DNA from: Candidatus Krumholzibacteriia bacterium
GTDB lineage: Bacteria; Krumholzibacteriota; Krumholzibacteriia; WVZY01
Assembly (NCBI GenBank): GCA_046754105.1
Contig: JBHHVD010000054.1
Coordinates: 1-21,572, forward strand
DNA: 21,572 nucleotides
Reading direction: 5' to 3'
The notes under the pieces are model-generated. The model did not search any database. It saw nothing but the letters and a program-made list of their open reading frames with translations, and was not told the DNA's origin. Below, in pieces: positions 10,579 through 18,150 of the stretch (the stretch's first letter is position 1; the number at the start of each line of letters is the position of its first letter). Position numbers and translations under genes: made by a program.

Positions 10579-11290
10579 TTTTACGCTGATAGGGCTGCCC
10601 TACGCGGCCCTGGTGATTTTCTTCATCGGTACCATCTACCGGTACAAGGCAACGAAGTTTTCCTACTCGTCGCTGTCTTCACAGTTCCTGGAGGGACGTC
10701 AGTTGTTTTGGGGTACGATGCCGTTTCACTGGGGTCTCCTGGTTGTCTTCCTGGGGCACCTGGCGGCATTTCTGGTGCCGAAGAGCCTGCTCGCATTCAA
10801 CACTCACCCGGTGCGATTGCTCATCCTCGAAGTGAGCGCCTTCATGTTCGCAGTGATAGTCCTCGCCGGCCTGTTGACGCTCTTTGTGAGGAGGGTGGCG
10901 AATCCGCGCCTCAAGGTCGTGACCACGCGGATGGATCTCATCGTCGCGGTGCTGCTGATCGTCGAGGTAGTGCTCGGCATGTCGGTCGCCCTCGGTTTTC
11001 GGTGGGGTTCCTCGTGGTTCGCCGCGGTACTGACTCCTTACCTCCGTTCGATCGCGGTGTTTCAGCCTGACATCAGCGCAGTCGCGAGTTTGCCCTGGCT
11101 CGTCAAGTTGCACATCATCGGGGCGTTTTTGATCTTTCTGCTGATACCCTTCTCGAGGCTGGTGCATCTGCTGGTCGTGCCGCTGCACTACATCTGGCGT
11201 CCGTACCAGCGGGTTATATGGTCATGGAACCGAAAACAGATCCGCCACCCGGACAACGAATGGTCGGCCACCGAGCCGACGAACACGTGA
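10562..11290 (+). CDS. narI: Nitrate reductase gamma subunit (di-heme cytochrome b)
   Basis: SSQFLE, heme-ligand His56 (PFHWG) and His66 (LGHL), KLH and PFSRLVH; five hydrophobic helices. Confidence 0.95.
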   Translation: MAALDNFTLIGLPYAALVIFFIGTIYRYKATKFSYSSLSSQFLEGRQLFWGTMPFHWGLLVVFLGHLAAFLVPKSLLAFNTHPVRLLILEVSAFMFAVIVLAGLLTLFVRRVANPRLKVVTTRMDLIVAVLLIVEVVLGMSVALGFRWGSSWFAAVLTPYLRSIAVFQPDISAVASLPWLVKLHIIGAFLIFLLIPFSRLVHLLVVPLHYIWRPYQRVIWSWNRKQIRHPDNEWSATEPTNT

Positions 11291-11433
11291 ACACCGCGCG
11301 CACGCGAATCGATCGCGGCTACCCACTTTGCACTGTGGCCCCGCAGGCGCGCGCGGCGGTATGACTCGCTAACGCCCGGATTTGACGCGGCACCGGGTAA
11401 CCCGAAGCACCGGTTACGAAGGAGGAGGCGCCA

Positions 11434-12954
11434 TTGGAAGAACGGGCCACTCTGAAGTCACATAAAATATTATTCTTCAATACGTTAGCATTTACCGTCT
11501 GCTTTGCGGCGTGGATGCTCAACGGTGTTCTCATCACGTTTCTCTCGTCGAACCAGGTTTTCGACTGGGGCCCGGTGGAGTTGGGATGGCTGATGGGTGT
11601 GCCGGTGCTGACGGGCTCGGTCTTCAGGCTGCCCGCCGGGATTCTCACCGATAAGTTTGGCGGCAAACCCATTTACGGCAGCCTGCTTATCTTGAGCGCG
11701 ATTCCCATGTTCCTCGTCTCGAGAGCCGACAGTTTTGTGGACTTCCTGCTGTGCGGTTTTGGTTTTGGCCTGACCGGCGTGAGCTTCGCGATCGGGATCG
11801 CTTTCACCTCCGTCTGGTACCCGAAGAAGCGGCAGGGAACCGCGCTGGGCATCTTCGGTGCCGGTAACGCGGGCGCGGCCTTGACGACGCTGTTCGCTCC
11901 GACGCTCCTCAATAACTTCACCAACAACGGTGCGCATCTGGACGGCTGGCGCACCCTGCCCATGCTCTACGCCGCGATGTTGGCGGTCATGGGTGTGGTT
12001 TTCTTCTTGTTCACGGAGAACAAGAGACCGGCGACGCACGCCAGAACTGTGGGCCGGATGCTCGTACCGCTGAAGAACGTCCAGGTGTGGCGCTTCGGGC
12101 TCTACTATTTTCTCGTCTTTGGGTGCTTTGTCGCCTTCTCGCAGTGGCTGGTGCCCTATTTCGTCAACGTGTACATGTTTCCACTTGTCACAGCGGGAAT
12201 CTTTGCGGCGCTCTTTAGCTTTCCATCGGGGGTGATTCGGGCGCTCGGTGGTTGGATGTCGGACAAGTGGGGAGCCAGGAAGGTCATGTATTGGGTGTTG
12301 GGAACCTCCGTCACGATCAGTTTTCTGTTGATCGTGCCCAAGATGGAAGTCTATTCGCCGGGCAAAGGGGTAATGGCGAAGGGATCGGGAACCGTCACCA
12401 GAGTCACGGAAGACGAGATCACCGTCGGTAACCGGTCCTATCCCATCAAGAAGAACGACCACGCCTTCGAGAACCTCGACGAAAGCGTCGTGGTCTTTCC
12501 GACAAAAGCGTCGTGGCAAGAGGCCGCGGTGGAAGAGGGCCAGCAGGTAGCGAAAAAGGAGTTGCTGGCCCGGGGGGTAACGAAGATCTACTTCCAGGCG
12601 AACGTGTGGATCTTTGCGGTTCTTGTCATCCTCCTCGGCAGCATCTGGGGTATCGGAAAGGCGGCCGTCTACAAACACATCCCGGATTATTTTCCAGAAG
12701 AAGTCGGTGTGGTGGGGGGGATGGTCGGCGTCCTGGGCGGGCTCGGGGGGTTCTTCTGCCCGATCGTTTTCGGCTACCTCCTCGAGTACACGGGTCTGTG
12801 GACGAGTTGCTGGATGTTCATGTTCGTTATCTCGGCCAGCTGCCTGGTGTGGATGCACGTCGTCATTCAGCGAATGACGGCTCGGAAACAACCGGAGCTG
12901 GCGCGGCAGATCGAGGAGAGCTACGACGGCTCCTCGGTTACGGTTGGTTCCTGA
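11434..12954 (+). CDS. narK: NarK1-type MFS nitrate/nitrite transporter with extra soluble loop domain
   Basis: TTG start after AAGGAGGAGG. Nitrate-signature Arg motifs GSVFRLP.G and SGVIRALGG; GIFGAGN.G; GGLGGF. Confidence 0.92.
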   Translation: MEERATLKSHKILFFNTLAFTVCFAAWMLNGVLITFLSSNQVFDWGPVELGWLMGVPVLTGSVFRLPAGILTDKFGGKPIYGSLLILSAIPMFLVSRADSFVDFLLCGFGFGLTGVSFAIGIAFTSVWYPKKRQGTALGIFGAGNAGAALTTLFAPTLLNNFTNNGAHLDGWRTLPMLYAAMLAVMGVVFFLFTENKRPATHARTVGRMLVPLKNVQVWRFGLYYFLVFGCFVAFSQWLVPYFVNVYMFPLVTAGIFAALFSFPSGVIRALGGWMSDKWGARKVMYWVLGTSVTISFLLIVPKMEVYSPGKGVMAKGSGTVTRVTEDEITVGNRSYPIKKNDHAFENLDESVVVFPTKASWQEAAVEEGQQVAKKELLARGVTKIYFQANVWIFAVLVILLGSIWGIGKAAVYKHIPDYFPEEVGVVGGMVGVLGGLGGFFCPIVFGYLLEYTGLWTSCWMFMFVISASCLVWMHVVIQRMTARKQPELARQIEESYDGSSVTVGS

Positions 12955-12997
12955 ACAGACGTCGAGGGTAATACACACGGTTGGGAAAGGTTGTCCG

Positions 12998-14605
12998 ATG
13001 GCAGCAGATCTGGAAGTCTGGCAAGTCGAGGACGAGGGTTTTTGGGCCGCCACCGGCAAGAGAATTGCCGGCAGGAACTTGTGGATCTCCATACCCAGTT
13101 TGCTTTGCGGATTCGCCGTGTGGTTGTACTGGGGCATTATCACGGTTCAGATGCTGAACCTGGGATATCCATTTGAAAAAGCCGAACTGTTTACCTTGAT
13201 GTCGATCGCCGGCCTCGCCGGCGCCACGCTCAGGATTCCAAGCACGTTTTTTATCCGAATCGCCGGTGGCAGAAATACGATTTTCTTCACGACGGCGCTC
13301 CTGATGATCCCCGCAGTGGGTACCGCCATGGCGTTGCAGGACCGGAGCACGCCCCTGTGGGTGTACCAGGGTCTTGCGCTCCTCTGCGGATTCGGCGGCG
13401 GGAACTTTGCGTCGTCGATGTCCAACATAAGCTTCTTTTTCCCGAAGAAAGTGCAAGGAACCTCGCTGGGCTTGAACGCCGGGCTCGGCAATTTCGGGGT
13501 CACCACCATGCAGATACTGGTGCCGCTCGTCATGACGGTCGGGTTGTTCGGCGGGGCCTCGCAGACGTTGATAAACAGCAGCGGCACGTTGATCGGGAAG
13601 ATTCCGGAAGGCAGCGAGACATATATACAGAACGCGGGGTTCCTGTGGCTGGTGTTTCTGATACCGCTGGCGTTCTTCGGCTGGTTCGGGATGAACAACA
13701 TCAAGACGGAGGCGGTGACCCCCAAGCCGGGTAATCCCGCCGCCGCCATGATGAAGATCGTGATGCTTCTGCTCATCGGGTTCGCGACCGCCACTGCCGG
13801 GCTCTACCTGCTGCTTCCGCCGCCGACCGGTGTCGGCCTGCTCAGCAAGTGGGTGGTCTTGCCGCTCGTAATCGCGGCGACCGTGTTGTTGATGAGGTAT
13901 CTTACAACGGGCGAGCTGCAAGCGAATCTCAAGCGACAATACAAGATCTTCAGAAACAAGCATACATGGGCGATGACGATCATCTACACGATGACGTTTG
14001 GTTCGTTTATCGGTTATTCGGCGGCCTTTCCGCTGTCGATAAAGGTGATTTTCGGGTTCAGCCATGTGCCCGGGCCCGACGGCGCCCTGGTCCACGACGC
14101 GGCCAACCCGAACGGGCCCAGCGCCTTGATGTTTGCGTGGATGGGTCCTTTTATCGGCGCTTTGATCCGCCCCGTCGGCGGCTGGATTGCGGACCGCATG
14201 GGAGGGGCCAAGGTAACACAGGTGGTGTCGATCGTGATGGTCGCCTCGGCGTTGGGGGTGGCGTACTACATGACCCAGGCGTACAAGTCGGCGACACCGG
14301 AACAGTACTTTGTGCCGTTCCTCATCCTCTTCATAATCCTCTTTACTGCCACGGGGGTCGGAAACGGCTCCACGTTCAGGACGATCGCAGTCGTATTCAA
14401 CGAGGAACAGGCAGGCCCGGTGCTGGGCTGGACCTCGGCGGTAGCAGCGTACGGAGCGTTCATCATACCGAAAGTGTTCGGTGAGCAGATCAAGGCAACT
14501 ACGCCGGAATACGCGCTGTACGGCTTCGCCGTGTTCTATTTTGCCTGCCTGCTCCTCAACTGGTGGTTTTACATGAGGCCGAACGCGTACGTAAAGAATC
14601 CGTAG
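12998..14605 (+). CDS. narK: NarK2/NarU-type MFS nitrate/nitrite antiporter
   Basis: W..EDEGFW...G..IA.RNLWISIP, GATLRIP, GFGGGNFASSM.NISFFFPK, GLNAGLGN.G, FGSFIGYSAAF, GNGSTF. ATG 12998 follows GGAAAGG. Confidence 0.92.
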   Translation: MAADLEVWQVEDEGFWAATGKRIAGRNLWISIPSLLCGFAVWLYWGIITVQMLNLGYPFEKAELFTLMSIAGLAGATLRIPSTFFIRIAGGRNTIFFTTALLMIPAVGTAMALQDRSTPLWVYQGLALLCGFGGGNFASSMSNISFFFPKKVQGTSLGLNAGLGNFGVTTMQILVPLVMTVGLFGGASQTLINSSGTLIGKIPEGSETYIQNAGFLWLVFLIPLAFFGWFGMNNIKTEAVTPKPGNPAAAMMKIVMLLLIGFATATAGLYLLLPPPTGVGLLSKWVVLPLVIAATVLLMRYLTTGELQANLKRQYKIFRNKHTWAMTIIYTMTFGSFIGYSAAFPLSIKVIFGFSHVPGPDGALVHDAANPNGPSALMFAWMGPFIGALIRPVGGWIADRMGGAKVTQVVSIVMVASALGVAYYMTQAYKSATPEQYFVPFLILFIILFTATGVGNGSTFRTIAVVFNEEQAGPVLGWTSAVAAYGAFIIPKVFGEQIKATTPEYALYGFAVFYFACLLLNWWFYMRPNAYVKNP

Positions 14606-14677
14606 AGCCGCGCCGGACGTCCGCCGGCTCCGCGTCGCCGGGCGGACTCCCGTCCTCGAATCGAAACAGGAGTGAAG

Positions 14678-15352
14678 ATGGATTTCGAAAATCTCAGACA
14701 CGTAGACCCGGTAAAACGCTCGGCGGAAAAGCAGTCCGCCGCGCCGGAGTACTCGCCGATGAATCCCCCGGATGCGTATTCGCCCCCTGCAGCCGACCCG
14801 GTCGCCTACGAGGCGATGCCGGAGTTTCTACGGGGTCTGATGGATGACCACGGTGATTTCCAGGTTGCCGTCGAGTCGCTGGAGGAGGCGTTGACACAAC
14901 TCCGGCAGAACGGATTCGGCGCCGGCCGGGTGGTGGACGAGCGCCTGAGGGGCTTCTTCACGTTCCTCGACGATCGCATCGTCGGCCACAACCTGAAGGA
15001 AGAAAAGATACTCTTTCCGGTATTGCACGAGCGCCTGTTGGAAAAAGGCGAGCACGGCCGCGGTGAGTCCCGCAGGACGGCGGTGGACATGCTCGAGGAC
15101 GACCACATCAGAGTGATGCAACTCGCCGCCGTCACCTTCAACTTTCTGGGCCTGGCCAGCCGGCTGGCGGACGCGCGGGCCCGCGCCATCGTTCTCGACG
15201 CCGCACTCGAGCAGGGCAGCGCGCTCGTAGAACTGATGCGGCTTCACGTGTTCCGCGAAGAGAACGTCGTGTTCGCGCTCGCCGTCAAACACCTCTCCTC
15301 CAGCGACTTCGATAACATGCGGGAACGCGCGGCCAGGTACGGGCTGCGCTAG
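14678..15352 (+). CDS. Hemerythrin (HHE) domain protein
   Basis: DDH...HNLKEEKILFP...EDDH...LHVFREENVVF di-iron ligand pattern; ATG 14678 follows AGGAG. Confidence 0.85.
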   Translation: MDFENLRHVDPVKRSAEKQSAAPEYSPMNPPDAYSPPAADPVAYEAMPEFLRGLMDDHGDFQVAVESLEEALTQLRQNGFGAGRVVDERLRGFFTFLDDRIVGHNLKEEKILFPVLHERLLEKGEHGRGESRRTAVDMLEDDHIRVMQLAAVTFNFLGLASRLADARARAIVLDAALEQGSALVELMRLHVFREENVVFALAVKHLSSSDFDNMRERAARYGLR

Positions 15353-15358
15353 GCGTTC

Positions 15359-16606
15359 TCAAGAGCCGAGCGAGTGGATGATTTCCTGGATCTCATCGCC
15401 GGTCAAGCGTCGGTCGCGTGTCTTGGCCGTGGTAAGAATGGCCTCCACGAGCGGGGGTTGCGGGTCGTAGCCCCGCGTACTCAACCAGTGGATGACGTTG
15501 GAAGCGCCGCTCATCGGTCCGATCTCGATACCCTGCTGCCGCCCAACCCAGTCTGCCGGTACGGACGAGTAGACGCGGTTGGCGAGCCAGTCGTGGCCCT
15601 TCTTCATCGCCTTGACCACGGCGGCGGCGTGGACGCCGGTGCAAGTGAGGAACGCGTCTGGGCCCACGACGGGTTGGTTGAAGGGGAGGGTCACTTTGCA
15701 CGCCCTGGACACGAGTTCACAGTAGTCGCTGAGCCTCGACAGATCGTTGTCGATATAGCCCAACAGCCGGAGGTTCGTTAACAGGAGCTCCATGGGCGCG
15801 TTACCACAGCGCTCGCCGACTCCGAGCCCCGTGCCGTGCACGCGGTTGGCTCCCGCGAGGATCGCGGCGATGGAGTTCGCTACCGATAAGCCGCGGTCGT
15901 TATGGCCGTGCCAGTCGATCTTCACCGCCTCGCCGCTGTCGTCGACGACACCCTTGATGAACCGGATCAGCATTTTCGTGCCGTGGATGGTAGCGTGGCC
16001 CACCGTGTCCGCGACACAGATGCGGCGCGCACCACAGCTGATGGCGGTTGAATAGAGGCGTCGAAGCGACTCCGGGTTGGCACGAGTCGTGTCCTCGGTG
16101 ACGAACATCACCGGCAGGCCCTGCTTGACGGCATAGGAGACCGCGGTTTCGGTCTTTTCCAACATTTGATCCAGCGTCCAGTTCTCGACGTACTCGCGGA
16201 TCGGGCTGGAACCGATGAAGAGCGAAGCTCCTATGGGCACGCCGGCCGCCTGGGAGGCGGCCACGATCGGGTCGATATCGGCCACCACAGTGCGCGCGGC
16301 GCAATTCGCGGTAATTGGCAGCTTCTCGTTCGCGATTTCCTTCGCCAGGGCGGCCACGTCGGCCTGCGCGCGCGGCCCGGCGCCTGGCAAACCGATGTCG
16401 GCGGCGTCGATTCCGAGCTCCACCATCAGGTGCAGGAGCTCGATCTTCTCCCCGATGGGCGGATCCGTCGCCGAGGGCGACTGCAGCCCGTCGCGCAGCG
16501 TCTCGTCGTCGAACTCCACCTTCGCGACCGCGCTTGCCTCCGCTTCCACCTCGTTCCAGTCGTAGATCAGCGCGCGCTCGTCCATACTCGCGGAATCGTG
16601 TGCCAT
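15359..16606 (-). CDS. LeuA-family (2-isopropylmalate/homocitrate/citramalate synthase-like) DRE-TIM enzyme, short form
   Basis: DETLRDGLQ, EDTTRA, DTVG, HGHNDRG, GVGERCGNA, GVHA; ATG 16606 preceded by GGAGG; 415 aa with no C-terminal regulatory domain. Confidence 0.85.
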   Translation of the reverse strand: MAHDSASMDERALIYDWNEVEAEASAVAKVEFDDETLRDGLQSPSATDPPIGEKIELLHLMVELGIDAADIGLPGAGPRAQADVAALAKEIANEKLPITANCAARTVVADIDPIVAASQAAGVPIGASLFIGSSPIREYVENWTLDQMLEKTETAVSYAVKQGLPVMFVTEDTTRANPESLRRLYSTAISCGARRICVADTVGHATIHGTKMLIRFIKGVVDDSGEAVKIDWHGHNDRGLSVANSIAAILAGANRVHGTGLGVGERCGNAPMELLLTNLRLLGYIDNDLSRLSDYCELVSRACKVTLPFNQPVVGPDAFLTCTGVHAAAVVKAMKKGHDWLANRVYSSVPADWVGRQQGIEIGPMSGASNVIHWLSTRGYDPQPPLVEAILTTAKTRDRRLTGDEIQEIIHSLGS

Positions 16607-16684
16607 GAAGGGTCCTCCCCCCAGGAGCCGTCGCCGCCGTCCCCACCCACCGTTCGACGCTGCAAATCTATGCCGCGAATCCGG

Positions 16685-16713
16685 TTGCGTCGCCCGGTGC
16701 GGAGCGGTATCAT
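16685..16713 (+). promoter_or_regulatory. sigma70-type promoter for the DUF1684 gene
   Basis: TTGCGT, 17 bp, TATCAT. Confidence 0.5.
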
Positions 16714-16760
16714 AGAGGTAATCGTTGGTGTTACGGTACCCGGGCGTGGGAGGAAATGCA

Positions 16761-17699
16761 ATGGATATTAGGCGCGCGCCGAAACAGCTTTTGCTGGGCA
16801 GCCTGTTGGTCCTGGCCGGACTGACGGCGACCGTGGTGCAGGCCGGCGATCGCTCCGGCTCGCAACGGTACAGGGATGAGATAAACGCCTGGCAGGTGCA
16901 CCGTCTGGATCGACTGCGGAGCCCCACGGGCTACCTGTCCTTGACGGGTCTTTACTGGTTGAGGGAAGGGAAGAACAGTTTTGGCTCCGATCCCTCGAAC
17001 GACATCGTGTTTCGTTCGAAAGATGCGCCGCCCCGCATGGGTGTCATCTACCTCGAGCAGGGTGGGATCAGGATGGAGGCCCGCGCCGGTACAGGGATCC
17101 AGAGCAATGGCAAGATGGTAGAGAATATAGTGCTCCACCACGACACAGACGCAGAGCATAAGAGAACGGAACTGGTGCTGGGCACGATGACGTGGTATGT
17201 CATCAAGCGCGGGGAGAGATTCGGCATACGGCTCAAGGATTCAGAAAGCGAGACGCTGCGCGAGTTCAAGACGGTCGAGAGGTTTCCAGTCGACGAACGA
17301 TGGCGCATCGACGGGCGGTTCGAAACCTACGATCCGCCGAAGCACATTCCGATCACGAGCGTGGGAGACATTCACACGAATGAGGCCTCGACGGGGGCGG
17401 TCGTTTTCGACGTCGACGGCGTAAGCTGCCGCCTCGACGTTCTGGCGGAACCGGGGGACGAGACCCTCTTTGTCATCTTCGGCGACGAAACCAGCGGGAG
17501 CGAAACCTATGGTGGGGGACGCTTTCTGGTCGTGCGCGCGCCGGGCGAGGACGGCCGCGTGGTCTTGGATTTCAACAAGGCCTACAACCCGCCGTGTGCG
17601 TTCTCCGATTTTACAACCTGTCCGCTGCCGCCGCGCCAGAACCACATCCCGGTCCGCGTCACCGCCGGGGAGAAGGTTTACAAAAAGCACAAGTCCTGA
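16761..17699 (+). CDS. DUF1684 domain protein, probably exported
   Basis: Signal-peptide-like N-terminus; LSLTGLYWL, F.DETSG.ETYGGGRFL, LDFNKAYNPPCAF..F.TCPLPP, AGEK; GGAGG SD. Confidence 0.88.
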   Translation: MDIRRAPKQLLLGSLLVLAGLTATVVQAGDRSGSQRYRDEINAWQVHRLDRLRSPTGYLSLTGLYWLREGKNSFGSDPSNDIVFRSKDAPPRMGVIYLEQGGIRMEARAGTGIQSNGKMVENIVLHHDTDAEHKRTELVLGTMTWYVIKRGERFGIRLKDSESETLREFKTVERFPVDERWRIDGRFETYDPPKHIPITSVGDIHTNEASTGAVVFDVDGVSCRLDVLAEPGDETLFVIFGDETSGSETYGGGRFLVVRAPGEDGRVVLDFNKAYNPPCAFSDFTTCPLPPRQNHIPVRVTAGEKVYKKHKS

Positions 17700-17718
17700 G
17701 CGTTGCCCAGGACTTGTG
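17681..17718 (-). terminator. Intrinsic terminator for the ferredoxin gene, possibly bidirectional
   Basis: Perfect 11-bp stem CACAAGTCCTG (17688-17698) / CAGGACTTGTG (17708-17718) with a 9-nt loop, followed on the minus strand by CTTTTTGT. Confidence 0.6.
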
Positions 17719-17762
17719 TCCATACCGGTGTGATAACCACCCGATCTGCCGGACCTTGCGGG

Positions 17763-18068
17763 TTAGTAACCCAGTTCTTTCTTTCGCTCCTCTGCCGTCG
17801 GCAGCGATGGCTCCTGTTCGGTGATGACCGGCAGCTTGGGCGCACGGTCGGCGTTGATTTGAATCCACTCCATCTGGTGCTCCGGCACTTCGTCCTCCGG
17901 GTGAATCGCTTCGACCGGGCACTCCGGGACGCACGCACCGCAGTCGATGCACTCATCCGGGTCTATGTAGAGCATTTCCGCATCCGCGTGAAAGCAGTCG
18001 ACGGGACACACAACTACGCAGTCCGTGTAGCGGCACTTCTGACAATTGTCGGTCACGATATAGGTCAC
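17763..18068 (-). CDS. fdxA: Dicluster 7Fe/8Fe ferredoxin, FdxA (Azotobacter FdI) type
   Basis: C-x2-C-x4-C-x3-CPVDCF and IDPDECIDCGACVPECPVEAI with a C-terminal extension; GTG start with AGGAG SD. Confidence 0.9.
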   Translation of the reverse strand: MTYIVTDNCQKCRYTDCVVVCPVDCFHADAEMLYIDPDECIDCGACVPECPVEAIHPEDEVPEHQMEWIQINADRAPKLPVITEQEPSLPTAEERKKELGY

Positions 18069-18115
18069 TGGCTGATCTCCTTTCCCCTGCCCGGCACCTG
18101 CGCGGACGGCAACTC

Positions 18116-18150
18116 CCTCAGTTATACTTGAGGTCGAGACCTCCGGTCAA
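18116..18150 (-). promoter_or_regulatory. Ferredoxin promoter with overlapping palindromes
   Basis: Minus strand TTGACC (18150-18145), 18 bp, TATAAC (18126-18121). Inverted repeats CCTCA-N8-TGAGG (18116-18133) and GAGGTC-N2-GACCTC (18130-18143). Confidence 0.5.

Noticed and set aside
11291..11433. Internal narK promoter or NarL heptamers (TACCCAC; GTAACC-N9-GGTTAC)
   Set aside because: No properly spaced -35/-10 pair, no 7-2-7 arrangement, and the matches are too short to be significant.
14606..14650. GC-rich hairpin between narK2 and the hemerythrin gene as a terminator
   Set aside because: No U-tract follows; more likely a stabilising or incidental structure.
11485..14701. 552 and 587 aa minus-strand ORFs opposite narK1/narK2
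   Set aside because: Shadow frames of the transporter genes with no recognisable domains.
3130..15370. nar cluster as a mobile island between the dehydratase and the LeuA-like gene
   Set aside because: No direct repeats, integrase or transposase at the borders; horizontal origin is possible but not shown by the sequence.
16607..16927. N-terminal extension of the LeuA-like ORF to 522 aa, and upstream extensions of narJ, narK2, DUF1684 and the lipoprotein
   Set aside because: Downstream ATGs have clear SD sequences and match family or signal-peptide starts; the extensions run through promoters or neighbouring genes.
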